Origin: an uncultured delta proteobacterium
GTDB lineage: Bacteria; Desulfobacterota; Desulfomonilia; UBA1062
Assembly: GCA_963785235.1 (NCBI GenBank)
Contig: CAWAUM010000011.1
Location: 1 to 64,000, forward strand
Direction of reading: 5' to 3'
DNA: 64,000 bases
A program made the position numbers and the translations under genes. Numbering within the stretch: the stretch's first letter is position 1; each line of letters opens with the position of its first letter. Shown here one piece after another: positions 1-13,248 of the stretch. The notes beneath the pieces are model-generated. The model made no database searches. It saw only the letters and a program-made list of their open reading frames with translations, and had not been told where the DNA came from.

Positions 1-750
1 GCCTCGGGAAGGCCGGAAAATCTCAAGTCCATGTCAGCGAAAATCTCGGATCTGATGACTACGTTGAGCACCGCGGTCTTGAGCCCCGAGAAGCTGAAGT
101 CATAGGAGCCATCATTCATGAGAGGCCGGGGCAGCTCGAAGGCGCCGGATCGATCCCCCGGGAGATCCGCTCGATGACCATCCCGCCGGGATACCCCAGG
201 TAGAGGAGCTTCGCTACCTTGTCGAACGCCTCGCCTGCGGCATCATCGATGGTGCGCCCGATCTCCTCGATAGAAGATTCGCTGTCCACCCGGTAGAGCG
301 AGGTATGCCCGCCGGAGACGACCATGCCGATATGCGGGTAGGTGAGCTCGCTGTCGATCCTGCGGCGCTCAGGTGGCCCTCCAGATGGTTGATGCCGCAG
401 ACAGGGATTTTGAGCCCATAGGCGAAGGCCTTGGCAAAGGATATCCCCACGAGCAGGGCACCGACGAGGCCGGGCCCCTGGGTGACGGCGATGCCGCCGA
501 GGTCTTTCGGGCTGATGGAGGCCTGCTGGAGGGCTTCACCCACCACGGCCCGGATGAGCTCGATGTGCCTGCGGGATGCGATCTCCGGTACCACGCCGCC
601 GAATACGGCATGATCTGCCACCTGGCTGGCGACCACGCTGGAGAGGACCTCCCCCCGGTCGGTCACCACGGCCGATGCCGTTTCGTCGCAGGATGTCTCG
701 ATCGCAAGGATATAACCTGCTCCTTCGTCTTCCCTGTTGAGGGATAATCG
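1..750 (-). CDS. tsaD: tRNA t6A biosynthesis protein TsaD (3' end outside window, frameshifted, start approximate)
   Basis: [47 protein letters not shown] and [15 protein letters not shown] motifs spread over ORFs 214..669 and 116..325. Confidence 0.92.
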
Positions 751-768
751 GGACGCTTACTTTTTAGA

Positions 769-1298
769 TCAGAGGTCCGTACGCTTCAGGAGGGAGTGCA
801 CCTCGAATCCCTGAGCCTCGATGGCCTCCCTGCCCCCTTCGCACCGGTCGAGAATCGCTACCACCATCTCGATGGCGAGCCCGCCCCCTTGATCTGCTCG
901 ATGGCAGTAAGCGTGCTGGCGCCCGTGGTGATGACATCCTCGACCACCACGACCCGCTGGCCCGGCATAACAGGACCCTCGACGAGGTTCCTCGTGCCGT
1001 GATCCTTGGGCCTTTCTCACGAGAAACGCCATGATCTCCTTACCCGACGGTAGGCCGCCAGGCTCGTTGCCGTGGCGATGGGGTCGGCGCCGATGGACAT
1101 CCCGCCCACGGCATCCACCTGCCTGTCCCTGATGAGGTCGAAGATGAGTGCTCCGATGAGCGCGGCGCCCTTTGGATGGAGGGTGACCTTCCGCAGGTCC
1201 ACATAGAAATCGGATTCCTTTCCCGATGCAAGGATGAACTTGCCGTACCTTACCGCATCCCGCTTTACGAGTTCTTTGAGTTCATCGATCTTCTCCAT
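769..1298 (-). CDS. pyrE: orotate phosphoribosyltransferase (frameshifted)
   Basis: [41 protein letters not shown]-binding loop (in an alternate frame) and [10 protein letters not shown]. Confidence 0.9.
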
Positions 1299-2579
1299 CA
1301 AAGACCCTTTCAAAGATGGTGTTCACATGGGCAAGGTGATGGGAGAGGTCGAAGAGGTTTTCGATGGCCTTTTTCCCGAGCACGTTCCCGATTTCCCGGT
1401 CCTTCTTGAGGAGATCCTTGAAATCGGCGTCGCTGTCCCAGACCTTCAAGGCGTTGCGCTGGACCCATGCATAGGCCTCATCCGGCCCATACCCTCGTCC
1501 ACCAGCGCGAGCAGGACATTCTGGGAATGCCAGAGCCCCCTGGTCAGGTCCATGTTCCTCACCATGTTCTCCGGATAGACCACGAGTCCGTCGATGATGC
1601 CTTTCATCCTCACAAGCATGAAATCCAGCGCCGTGGTGGCATCCGGCCCGATGACCCTCTCCACGCTCGAGTGGCTGATGTCCCGCTCGTGCCAGAGGGC
1701 CACATCCTCCAGGGCGGATATGCAGTATCCCCTGAGCAGCCGCGCCAGGCCCGTGATATTCTCGGAGCCGATGGGGTTCTTCTTGTGCGGCATGGCCGAG
1801 GAGCCCTTCTGGCCCTTTCCGAAAGGCTCCACGGCCTCCAGCACCTCGGTCCGCTGCAGGTGCCTGATTTCGGTAGCGATCTTTTCGGCGGTGGCGCCGA
1901 TGATGGCGAGCGTCGCGAAAAACTGCGCATGCCGGTCTCTCTGGAGGATCTGGGTGCTGATGGGTGCCGGCTTCAGGCCCAGCTTTTACACACGAGGCCT
2001 CCACCTCAGGTGGCACATTCGCAAAGGTGCCTACCGCCCCCGAAATCTTCCCATAGGAGATCATCTCCAGGGCCGCCTGCATCCGCTTGAGGTTCCGCTC
2101 CATTTCCGCATACCAGAGCGCAAATTTCAGCCCGAAGGTGATGGGCTCTGCATGGATGCCATGGGACCTGCCCATGGCAGGGGTGTCTTTGAATTCGTAG
2201 GCCCTTTTTTTCAGCGAGGCCATGAGTGCCCGGATGTCTTCTATGATCACGATGCTGCTCTCTTTGAGCAGCAGTGCATAGGCCGTGTCCAGGACATCCG
2301 ACGAGGTGAGCCCCATGTGGATGAACCGCGCGTCCTCGCCCACATACTCGCCCATACAGGTGACGAATGCGATGACGTCATGGCGGGTTATTGCCTCGAT
2401 CTCCTCGATACGCTCCACGGAGAAACATGCCTTTGTCTTGATGTTTGCAAGGCTTTCCTTCGGGATTTTGCCGAGTTTCGCCCATGCCTCGCATGCGGCC
2501 AGTTCCACATCGAGCCACTTCTGATAGCGGTTCTCCTCGGACCAGATCTGTGCCATTTCCTTGTATATCGTGGTATCAC
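1282..2579 (-). CDS. purB: adenylosuccinate lyase (frameshifted)
   Basis: MIPRYT start, [30 protein letters not shown] and the [11 protein letters not shown] signature. Confidence 0.95.
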
Positions 2580-3496
2580 TTCTTCGTCCCCCTCCGGTCT
2601 ATCATATAGTTGCTGCCGTCGAGCTCTTTGATGTACTTCTTGATATCGGTGGCATCCTGGGAGGCCTGGCCGTAATGAGTGTACTGTCCTTCTACATTCA
2701 GCACCACAGCGAATGATATGGACATGATGGGAAATTTCCGCACCTCGCCGTCCCGGCTGGTTGATATGATTCCTCCCTGATCAAGGTCCTCATCATTATA
2801 GAAGTTTCTTATGACCATGTCGAACCGGGAAATTATCTCTTCGCACAGGGAACGTATGCATTCTCCGGGCAGATGAAAACAAAATCGTCTCCTCCTATGT
2901 GGCCCACAAAGGTCTTTTCATCCTTGAGTTCTTTGACGGCATTCGTGATAATCCTGCCAGTGGCCACAAGGACCTCATCCCCGCGGAAAAACCGTAGCGG
3001 TCATTAAAGGGCTTAAAGTTATCGATGTCTACCCAGGTAATGGCAATAGTCTCCCCTTGTCGATCATGGCCTGGATATATCTGATGATGGATTCGTTCCC
3101 CGGCAACCTGGTCAGGGGATTCGTATCCATTTCCCTTACAGAGCGCTTCGCAATGAATTCGAGCCGCCTCCTGATGACGATGTCCATCTCGTCGATGAGG
3201 ACATAGTCATCAATGGGATTATCCTGCCAGGATACATGTTCCAGCGAACCCTTTTCCAGCAGGGCTACAATCGGCATGTGTCCGAATATGGTATTACTCC
3301 TGAATTCCCGGACAATCCCTCCTCCCTTGGCCAACAGATAACTGCCGTCAATGAGGATGAGATCCGGAGGGTCCATGTAGATCATTGAGATAACGTCCTG
3401 ACTTGACGTCATTACCTGAAATGAGTCAAACATGGAGCCGATGAGCTCGCTGAAGTGACTATCAGCATTTTTCTCCACGATAAAGACGGCCCTCAC
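2576..3496 (-). CDS. receiver-like + GGDEF-family (GGDDF variant) signalling protein (frameshifted)
   Basis: PDLILID receiver-like N-terminus, NPLTRLPGN, DIDNFKPFNDRYG, GDEVL, VGHIGGDDFVF read from ~2875-2907, and a C-terminal SISFAVV segment. Confidence 0.85.
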
Positions 3497-3500
3497 ATCA

Positions 3501-4346
3501 TCACCCCGCCGGTACCTGCTGGAACATCTCCACTTCCTCGAGATCTTCCATGATCTTTCTCATGAGACGCGGCAGGTCTACCTTGTCCATCCCGATGCTG
3601 TCCCAGGCCTTACGCGAGATCTGCCCCACCCAGGGGTCGCCGCCGTTTCCCACGCCGCATGCCCTCACAAAGGCATCCGCGATGTGCACCACTGCCACCC
3701 TGTCCTTGAATTTAACCGCCCCGTCAGGATCGTGGTGGCCTGCAATGGGAACTGCAAGCTTTTCGGGAAGGTTCCATTCCTTTGAAAGCCACAGCCCGAT
3801 CTCGGCATGATCCACTTCCAGGATTTCAAGCTCGGCCTCCCTGAAGGAGATCTGCTTTGCATTCACCACGTCCACGATCTTGTCATAATCCGAGCTCAGG
3901 GATACCCTGACCAGGACCTTGCCGATATCATGGAGCAGGGCTGCGGTGGAGATCTCCTCCGGCTCGTTCAAACCTAGGGTCCTGCTGATGGTGCCGGAAG
4001 CGATGGCAGAGCCCAGAGAGTGCTCCCAGAGACCTACCATGGAGCGTTCCATCAGGTCAAAGACCGAGGCCGAGAGGACAACGCCCTTGATCACGTTGAA
4101 CCCCAGCAGGATGATGGCATGGCTGATGGATGAGATCCTGCCCGGGAACCCATAAAACGGATGAGTTCACGAGCTTGAGCACCTGCGCACCCAGGACCTG
4201 GTCCGAGGAGATGAGCTTGCCCACGTCTTTGGGCGAGACATCAGGGCTTTCCACCATCGTCATGAGCTTCTCCACCACCTGGGGAAGCGTAGGAAGGCTC
4301 TGGATCTTCCGGGCGAGCACCTTGAACTGCTGACCTTTGTGCTCAT
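3501..4346 (-). CDS. HDOD-domain protein (frameshifted)
   Basis: LPTLPQVV, ISSDQVLGAQVLKLVNS, LWEHSLG, ALLHDIGK, DHAEIG.WL..WNLP and HHDP motifs. Confidence 0.9.
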
Positions 4347-4691
4347 GGATGACCTCCTTCTTGGGAATTATCAGCCTCCCTCTCCGTATCCAGTTCCATG
4401 AGAGCGCTTTGTGCAGCAGAAAGGATCATTTCCATGAGAGGATCCCCCTGAACCCTGGAGAACCTTGCCTTGAGCTCCTCTGACCTTCTGTTCCTTGGTT
4501 TTTGTCTCGCCACCGAAATCCACGGGGTGTCCCTTGAGGGTGACATGAGACACATTCATCTGCATGAGGCGCTCGATGATGTTCTCGCTCAGCTCCGTGC
4601 CCTCGGCACACAGCGCCATGCCTGCATCATTGGTTATGGGTCTGGCCAGCACCATACCTGGCTTTACCAGTTCTATGGGAACCTTCTGCAT
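4343..4691 (-). CDS. small protein resembling the N-terminal segment of HD-GYP proteins (frameshifted)
   Basis: MQKVPIELVKPGMVLARPI..G..L..EGTELSE..IERL; GGAGG RBS; stop overlaps the HDOD start (ATGA). Confidence 0.65.
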
Positions 4692-4710
4692 GAGAGCCTC
4701 CTTACGGTGC

Positions 4711-6612
<1,902 letters not shown>

Positions 6613-6616
<4 letters not shown>

Positions 6617-7634
6617 GGCTGATTGCTCCTTTTTTTCCTTGCATTGCGGTTGCCTCGACCTCTTTCTCTTGGGTCTTGGGCTTGGAGGCAATCATGGGCA
6701 CCATGGGGGGTTCTTCTCCTGGCTGTTCTTCTTCCAGGACGGATCTCTCTCTCCTTTTCCTGGGCCGGGACTTTCTGATCACCGAGCTTCTGGAATTCTT
6801 CGGCGTGTAAGGATGTCTGAGACATTGGCCTTGATGAAACGCCTGTCCGTTAGTTTTGCCACAAAGGTCTGGTTGATGACATTGATGCTCACCACTATTG
6901 CCTCACCCTCACCAATAAAGACCTTTTTGCCCGGCTTGGGGAGGTTTTCGATGAGATTGGCATAGGACTCCTTCTCATAGGCAAGACAACACTTGAGCTT
7001 CCCGCACAGCCCGGAAATCTTGGTGGGGTTGAGTGTCATATTCTGGTTCTTGGCCATCTTTACGGAAATCCTCTGGAAGTTCGTCAGGAAGGTGGAGCAG
7101 CAGAGTTCCCTGCCGCAGCTCCCTATTCCGCCGAGCATGGCGGATTCTTGCCGTGTCCCTATCTGGCGAAGCTCGATCCTTGTCCGGTAACGCTCTACCA
7201 GATCTTTGAGAAGCTCCCTGAAATCAACCCTTCCTTCTGAAACAAAGGAAAAGGTGATCTTGTTCTCGTCAAAGAGCTGCTCCACCTTGATGAGCTTCAT
7301 GGGCAAACCCCGTGGTCTGATCCGTTCATGGCAGAAGGCAAAGCAGTCTTTTTCCTTGGCGCGGATCCTCTCGAGCTTTGCCAGATCCTCATCGGTCATC
7401 TTGCGGATAACCGGTTTGATTTCTTCCAGCCCCGAGGCTTCATCCTCTTTTGTGTATCCGATGACCCGTGCTGCTGCACTGTCCTGCTTCAGTACTCACG
7501 ATGACCATATCCCCCTGGTCAAGCTCCAGGTCCTGGGCATCGAAGATATACGGGGTCGGTATGGTATCGAATCTCACACTTACGAGTCGTTTTGCTTTCT
7601 CTATAGTTTCCATCAATACTATGTTAGCAACCAT
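6613..7634 (-). CDS. ricT: PSP1/RicT (YaaT) family Fe-S regulatory protein (frameshifted)
   Basis: RVDFRELLKDL, RIELRQIG, GGIGSCGRELCC, KISGLCGKLKCCLAYE; lies directly upstream of metG. Confidence 0.88.
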
Positions 7635-7732
7635 ACGTCATATTTTTCAAGTGCATCTTTCACTGAAGTTGATCATATCGGATATTTATGTGATAAAAGG
7701 ACAAGGTAAAAGCATCCTTAATGGGGGGGAGT

Positions 7733-8362
7733 ATGACACTCTGGGAGTTTTTTATAAAGGGCGGACCCGTAATGTGGCCTTTATTTGCCTGCTCCATTAT
7801 CGCACTGGCAATTATCATTGAGCGTTTGTTCGCCTTGCGGCAGAGCAAAATTATTCCCGAAGAGCTCATTGAGGAGTTAGAGCGACTTATCCGCATGGGC
7901 AGGCTTGGTGACATTGAGCAGCTCTTGAAAGGGAGTTCATCACCTCTGTGCCCCATAATAATGACGGCTATTAAGAACATAGGAAGGCGTCGTGAGATCA
8001 TCAAGGAATACATGGAGGAGGAAGGCGCAACACAAGCTTACACCATGGAGAGGTATACCGACATCCTGGGTATCATTGCTGCGATCTCTCCCCTTCTTGG
8101 ATTTCTGGGTACTGCCACGGGCATACTCACCACGTTTAAGGCAATAAGCACAATGGGAAACACCTCCAGCCTGCTGCTCGCCACGGGCATCTCAGAGGCC
8201 CTCATCACCACCATAGTGGGTCTGGCAATAGCCATACCCGTTTATGTTTGCTATCGGATCCTCATTGCGCGCAGCGATTATCTGCTCATAGATATGGAAA
8301 TGACCTCTGCGAGAATCCTCGAATACCTAAAAGGTGAAACCAATGAGGTTCAGGCGGAATAA
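7733..8362 (+). CDS. MotA/TolQ/ExbB proton channel family protein
   Basis: GGPVMWPL, PLLGFLGT and GISEALITT..GL.IAIP motifs. Confidence 0.9.
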   Translation: MTLWEFFIKGGPVMWPLFACSIIALAIIIERLFALRQSKIIPEELIEELERLIRMGRLGDIEQLLKGSSSPLCPIIMTAIKNIGRRREIIKEYMEEEGATQAYTMERYTDILGIIAAISPLLGFLGTATGILTTFKAISTMGNTSSLLLATGISEALITTIVGLAIAIPVYVCYRILIARSDYLLIDMEMTSARILEYLKGETNEVQAE

Positions 8363-8720
8363 AAGACTCAAGAATAAATCACTTATTGACATTACACCGC
8401 TGGTGAATGTCATATTTCTGCTGCTGGTCTTCTTGTTGCTTGCAACGGGAGTACCTCTCGGATTGAAGCAGGATACCCTGATCAGGCAAGGGGAAGTCCC
8501 TTCCGGCGCCTCGATGGTCTTAGTTGTCTTGCCGGGAATAGTAGTCATGGACGGAAAGCCATTGAGCGATGGAATCCTTCAAGGATTGCCCCGTAACAGG
8601 GATATTGTTATCCTTGCTTCTAAAGAGACCCCTTACTCGAGGGTGATAAGCATACTGGATGTCTTGAGAACGTCCGGACATACCAGGATCTCTTTGGCTA
8701 CAAAACCTTTGAGCAATTAA
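8343..8720 (+). CDS. ExbD/TolR family protein (TM Asp replaced by Asn)
   Basis: DITPLVNVIFLLLVF transmembrane segment and TPYSRVISILD..R..G C-terminus; overlaps the exbB-like gene. Confidence 0.85.
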   Translation: MRFRRNKRLKNKSLIDITPLVNVIFLLLVFLLLATGVPLGLKQDTLIRQGEVPSGASMVLVVLPGIVVMDGKPLSDGILQGLPRNRDIVILASKETPYSRVISILDVLRTSGHTRISLATKPLSN

Positions 8721-8749
8721 GAGTTTTTCAAAATTATACGTCAAAAGGT

Positions 8750-8778
8750 TTGACTTAGTAGTATCATCTCAGTAATAT
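8750..8778 (+). promoter_or_regulatory. putative sigma70 promoter for the response regulator-glgC-rimO-kdsD unit
   Basis: TTGACT-17 nt-TAATAT ending 8 nt before ATG 8787. Confidence 0.45.
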
Positions 8779-8786
8779 TATTGGAA

Positions 8787-9150
8787 ATGAAGCGAATCCT
8801 CATCATAGAAGACGACAAGAATATTCAAGAACTGCTCCGGCAGGAGCTCAACGACGAAGGGTATGCCATCACCATTGCCGGAAACGGGAAAGAGGCCTTG
8901 TCTGTCTTGAGAGAACAAGGACAGAGAGAAGCCGGATCTTATTATCCTTGATCTGAGGATGCCGACCATGGATGGAATTGAGACCATGGGGCACATCCTG
9001 AAAATGAAGAATGAGGCACCGGTAATCATCCACACGGCATATCCCAGCTACAAGGATGATGCCCTGGCCACAGCCGCTGATGCGTTTGTAGTGAAATCAC
9101 ATGACTTGACCAAGTTAAAGAATGCAATATTTGAATTGATTGGTAAATAA
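8787..9150 (+). CDS. single-domain response regulator (frameshifted)
   Basis: MKRILIIEDD, PDLIILDLRMPTMDG, PVIIHTAY and FVVKS motifs. Confidence 0.88.
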
Positions 9151-10388
9151 TGCCATTTATAAATCCGAACAATGTTGAGGTGGTTATCCTTGCCGGTGGA
9201 AAGGGAGAACGACTCTATCCACTGACCAAAGACCGCGCAAAGCCGGCGGTGCCGTTTGCCGGGATGTACCGCATCATAGACTTTACCCTGTCAAACTGTG
9301 TGAATTCCGGCCTCAAGAAGATTTATGTGTTCTCCCAGTACAAATCCCACTCCCTGAACCGCCATATCCAGCAGGGCTGGCTCTCTTTCTTTTCCTATCC
9401 CATGGGAGAGTTCATCTATGACATACCGGCACAGCAGCGCATCGGGAACAGCTGGTATGAGGGCACGGCCGATGCAGTCTTCCAGAACATCTATTCCCTC
9501 CAGCAGGACATGCCCGGCTATACCCTGATCCTCTCGGGAGACCACATCTACCAGATGAATTATATGGAGATGATTCAGTTCCATGTGCGCAGAAAGGCCG
9601 ATGTGACCATAGGGGTGGTGCCCATGCCTGTCGAAACGGCCAATCAGTTCGGCGTGGTCAAGGCCGATAAGGGTATGAACGTGGTAGGGTTTCCAGGAAA
9701 AACCCAAAAAGGCTCCTTTCACCATGCCGGGCGACCCAGGCAAGGTAATGGTCTCCATGGGAATCTATGTATTCAATACCAAGACACTCATCCGCCAGCT
9801 CGTGGAGGATGCAAAGATCAAGTCGAGCTCGCACATGACTTCGGTAAAGACATCATTCCGCGCATGGTGAAGCACAGCAAGGTCATAGCATATCCTTTCA
9901 AGGGCATCATGGGCAATGGCTACTGGCGTGATATCGGGACATTGGATGCCTACTATCAGGCCAACATGGACCTGGTATCCGTCACGCCTGCGTGCAACCT
10001 CTATCACCCCAACTGGCCGGTGCATACGGTATACAGCCCTTATCCTCCGGCGAAGATGGTTTTTTCCGGGGGGAAAGACGGCAAGCGAATCGGCATGGTA
10101 CTGGATTCCATCATCTGTGACGGTGCCATCGTCTCGGGCGGGAAGGTAGTGAGGTCCATCATCTCGCCTAACGTCAGGGTGCACAGTTATACCGAGATCG
10201 AAGATTCCATGCTCATGGAAGGTGTTGAGATCGGAAGGAACTGTAAGATCAGGCGTACCATCATAGACAAATCCGTCAAGATACCGCCCCGCACCGTAAT
10301 CGGTTATGACCCTGAGGATGACAAGAAAAAGTTCGATGTGTCCCCTGGCGGGATAGTAGTTGTTTCCAAGAACACCATGTTCGACTGA
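9150..10388 (+). CDS. glgC: glucose-1-phosphate adenylyltransferase
   Basis: LAGGKGERLYPLT..RAKPAVPF, ILSGDHIY, HDFGKDIIP and YWRDIGT motifs; a segment at ~9690-9830 is out of frame. Confidence 0.95.
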   Translation: MPFINPNNVEVVILAGGKGERLYPLTKDRAKPAVPFAGMYRIIDFTLSNCVNSGLKKIYVFSQYKSHSLNRHIQQGWLSFFSYPMGEFIYDIPAQQRIGNSWYEGTADAVFQNIYSLQQDMPGYTLILSGDHIYQMNYMEMIQFHVRRKADVTIGVVPMPVETANQFGVVKADKGMNVVGFPGKTQKGSFHHAGRPRQGNGLHGNLCIQYQDTHPPARGGCKDQVELAHDFGKDIIPRMVKHSKVIAYPFKGIMGNGYWRDIGTLDAYYQANMDLVSVTPACNLYHPNWPVHTVYSPYPPAKMVFSGGKDGKRIGMVLDSIICDGAIVSGGKVVRSIISPNVRVHSYTEIEDSMLMEGVEIGRNCKIRRTIIDKSVKIPPRTVIGYDPEDDKKKFDVSPGGIVVVSKNTMFD

Positions 10389-10395
10389 ACCCTTC

Positions 10396-11682
10396 ATGAA
10401 ACGCCTTGCACTGGTAAGCCTCGGCTGCCCCAAGAATCTCGTTGACTCGGAATACATCTGCGAGCGTTTCATCAAGGCCGGGTACACTGTTGTTCAGGAA
10501 CCTGAAGATGCCGACACCGTGGTGGTGAACACCTGTTCATTCCTGACCTCGGCTGTAGAAGAATCCGTCAATACCCTGCTGGAACTTGTTAAGAGCGGCA
10601 AAGAAGTTATCTGCGCAGGCTGCCTGGTGAGCAGGTACCAAAAGGATATTCTCAGAGAGATTCCCGAGATAAGCCTGTTCGCCGGGCCCGGGAGCTATGA
10701 TTCAATTGTTGAGGCCTACGAGTCGGGAAAACGCTATCTTGATCCCTGCTTCGGGTCAGTGGTGAAGAGGTCCTTCTTCAGCGGCACTGCCAGTGCATAT
10801 GTGAAGGTTAGTGAGGGATGCGACAACCGATGCAATTACTGCCTTATCCCATCCATCAGGGGTTCCCTGGTAAGCAAGCCGATGGAAGACCTTATTGCCG
10901 AATGCATGACGCTTGGCCAAGGCGGGGCCAAAGAGATCGTCCTGGTGGCTCAGGACCTTGGAAGTTATGGGAAGGATCTGGGCATCAAGCGAGGCCTTGT
11001 CCGGCTTGTGGAGAAGATCTCGTCCATCGAAACCGTTGAGTGGATACGCCTCATGTACGTACATCCGGCTTCGCTGACCAAGTCCCTGGTCGAGCAGATC
11101 GAGGTAAATCCAAAGGTGTGTCCGTACATCGACCTGCCTATCCAGCATGTTTCGGGCAAGGTTCTCAAGGATATGGGAAGACGGGGCGGGGCAGGCGCGG
11201 TGAGGAAGGCCTTCGATCTTATCCATGCGTCAAAAAAAGAGATATGGGTCAGGACGAGCCTCATGGTGGGCCACCCCGGCGAAGATGATGATGCCTTCAG
11301 CGAACTCGAGCATTTTGTCGCACAGGGTAATGTCCATCACCTCGGTGTCTTTGCATATTCACCGGAACAGGGCACCAAAAGCTATGACCTCAAGTACATG
11401 CCTGAAAAACGCATTGCCGCCAAGCGAAAGCGTAGGATCATGGCACTCCAGCAGAAGGTTTCGAAAAAAAGGCTTAACAAGATGATCGGCAAAGAGGTAA
11501 AGGTCCTCATTGAAGGGTATCACCCAGAAACAGAACTCCTCCTGAAGGGAAGGGCATCGTTTCAGGCCCCGGAGGTGGATGGTATGGTGATTATCAATGA
11601 AGGCGGGGCCGATGCAGGGAACATCATTGATGTTGAGATCACCGGTTCATGGGAATATGATCTGATAGGAAGGATCGTATGA
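10396..11682 (+). CDS. rimO: ribosomal protein S12 methylthiotransferase RimO
   Basis: SLGCPKNLVDSE, VNTCSF, radical-SAM CDNRCNYC, and TRAM region APEVDG. Confidence 0.93.
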   Translation: MKRLALVSLGCPKNLVDSEYICERFIKAGYTVVQEPEDADTVVVNTCSFLTSAVEESVNTLLELVKSGKEVICAGCLVSRYQKDILREIPEISLFAGPGSYDSIVEAYESGKRYLDPCFGSVVKRSFFSGTASAYVKVSEGCDNRCNYCLIPSIRGSLVSKPMEDLIAECMTLGQGGAKEIVLVAQDLGSYGKDLGIKRGLVRLVEKISSIETVEWIRLMYVHPASLTKSLVEQIEVNPKVCPYIDLPIQHVSGKVLKDMGRRGGAGAVRKAFDLIHASKKEIWVRTSLMVGHPGEDDDAFSELEHFVAQGNVHHLGVFAYSPEQGTKSYDLKYMPEKRIAAKRKRRIMALQQKVSKKRLNKMIGKEVKVLIEGYHPETELLLKGRASFQAPEVDGMVIINEGGADAGNIIDVEITGSWEYDLIGRIV

Positions 11683-12660
11683 ACGATGCACGTATCATAG
11701 AACTTGGGAGAGAGGCTGTGCGCATCGAGATCGAAGGTCTCGAAGGACTTGCCTCTCAGATAGACGAGGGCTTTGCGCAGTCAGTAAGGATTATTTCCGA
11801 CCTTAAGGGCAAGGTGGTGCTCACGGGCGTAGGCAAGTCGGGTATCATTGCCAGGAAGGTTGCCTCCACCATGATGAGCATAGGGACACCTGCCATCTTC
11901 ATGCACCCGGTGGACGGTCTGCATGGCGATCTCGGCTCAATCATGTCAGAAGATGCTGCTATCATCATCACAAACAGCGGCAAGACAACAGAGGTTATCA
12001 ACCTCATCCCATCACTGAAAGCGCTTAAGATCCCAATTATTACGATCACCTCGGATAAGGATTCGCCGGTTGCCAGGGCATCCGATATGGTGCTGAGGTG
12101 CAGCGTGAGCAGGGAGGCCTGCAACCTGGGGCTCGCCCCTACCGCCTCCACAACGGCACAGCTTGCCCTCGGTGATGCCATTGCCGTAGTGGTCTCCAAG
12201 ATCAAGGGCTTTGACAAGGCTTCATTCAGGGTCCTTCACCCTGCAGGGGAAATTGGGAAACAACTCATGGTCGGCATCTCTCAGATGATGATCACAGGAG
12301 AGACGCATCCCCATGGTTGGCCTTGAAACCACGTTGCCTGATGTAGTAGTAGAGATGACAGAGAAGAAGCTGGGCTTCACCCTGGTAGGGAAAGCCCCGA
12401 ACGTAGAAGGCATGATCACAGACGGCGACCTGAGGAGGGTTCTCTTAAAGCACGGCGACAAACTCGCCGGGCTTCGTGCTAAAGACATCATGTCGCCCAA
12501 ACCTAAGCGTATCAGCAGTGACAAGCTCGCCATTGATGCCCTTGATATCATGGAGAAATCTCAGATTACCTCCCTGGTAGTAACCGATGAATCCGACAGC
12601 ATGACCGGTGTCATCCACCTCCACGACCTGTTGGGCAGGGGTAAGCTGGGGCTTCGCTGA
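11679..12660 (+). CDS. kdsD: KpsF/GutQ arabinose-5-phosphate isomerase (SIS + CBS domains, frameshifted)
   Basis: GVGKSG, HGDLG, LAPTASTTAQLALGDA, HPAG, then CBS segment ITDGDLRR...HLHDLL. Confidence 0.9.
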
Positions 12661-12716
12661 GGCCTTTCCTTTCTGGATCCCGGCACTATTGGTAGGATAG
12701 GAACTTTCAAGGAGGG

Positions 12717-13196
12717 ATGACCATGGAAAAGTCATGGCAGGATGTGCTGGACCGATTCCATTATGGAATTTACCTTGTCACTATTGCAGCAGACGGCCTC
12801 TATAACGGCATGATCGCATCCTGGGCTGCCCAGTGCTCCCATACCCCCCCGCTCATCACACTCGCCATCAGGAAGAACAGGCTCTCCCAGAGCCAGATCA
12901 TGCAGGCAGGCAGGTTTACGTTTAATATTTTGCCTAAGGATGCCCTGCCTTTACTCAACAAGTTCAAGGTTCCGGACTGGAAACACAAATTCGATGGCAT
13001 TGAGTATGAGCTCTCTCCAAGCGGCAATCCTGTTCTCAAAGGAGCCCTGGGCTACATCGACTGCGTGGTGGAGCGGGCAATCGATACTGGCGATCATACC
13101 CTGTTCATAGGCCGTGTAACCAGCGGGGTCTTCAAGAAGGAAGGGGATGCACTCACCACGGCCCAGTACCCGGGGCGATATCGGGGGGATAAATAA
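12717..13196 (+). CDS. flavin reductase-like FMN-binding protein
   Basis: NGMIASW, PPLI and GDHTLFIGRV motifs; GGAGG RBS. Confidence 0.85.
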   Translation: MTMEKSWQDVLDRFHYGIYLVTIAADGLYNGMIASWAAQCSHTPPLITLAIRKNRLSQSQIMQAGRFTFNILPKDALPLLNKFKVPDWKHKFDGIEYELSPSGNPVLKGALGYIDCVVERAIDTGDHTLFIGRVTSGVFKKEGDALTTAQYPGRYRGDK

Positions 13197-13227
13197 AAAA
13201 GGGAGGGAACTTTTGGTTCCCTCCCTT
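13195..13227. terminator. intrinsic terminator between convergent genes
   Basis: AAGGGAGGGAAC-TTTTG-GTTCCCTCCCTT perfect 12-bp stem with an A-tract (U-tract on the minus strand). Confidence 0.85.
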
Positions 13228-13248
13228 GGTGGTTAAAGTAATAGCTAG

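Noticed and set aside
1467-2631. Long antisense ORFs in the ORF track (e.g. 1594..2631, 4564..5472, 16494..17336, 44543..45367)
   Set aside because: They are shadows of well-supported genes on the opposite strand and carry no recognisable motifs.
2870-3030. Hypr GGDEF (cGAMP synthase) or Cas10-like GGDD palm
   Set aside because: The specificity position reads GDEVL (Asp), not the Ser/Thr of Hypr enzymes; the protein is small with a receiver-like domain and there are no cas genes.
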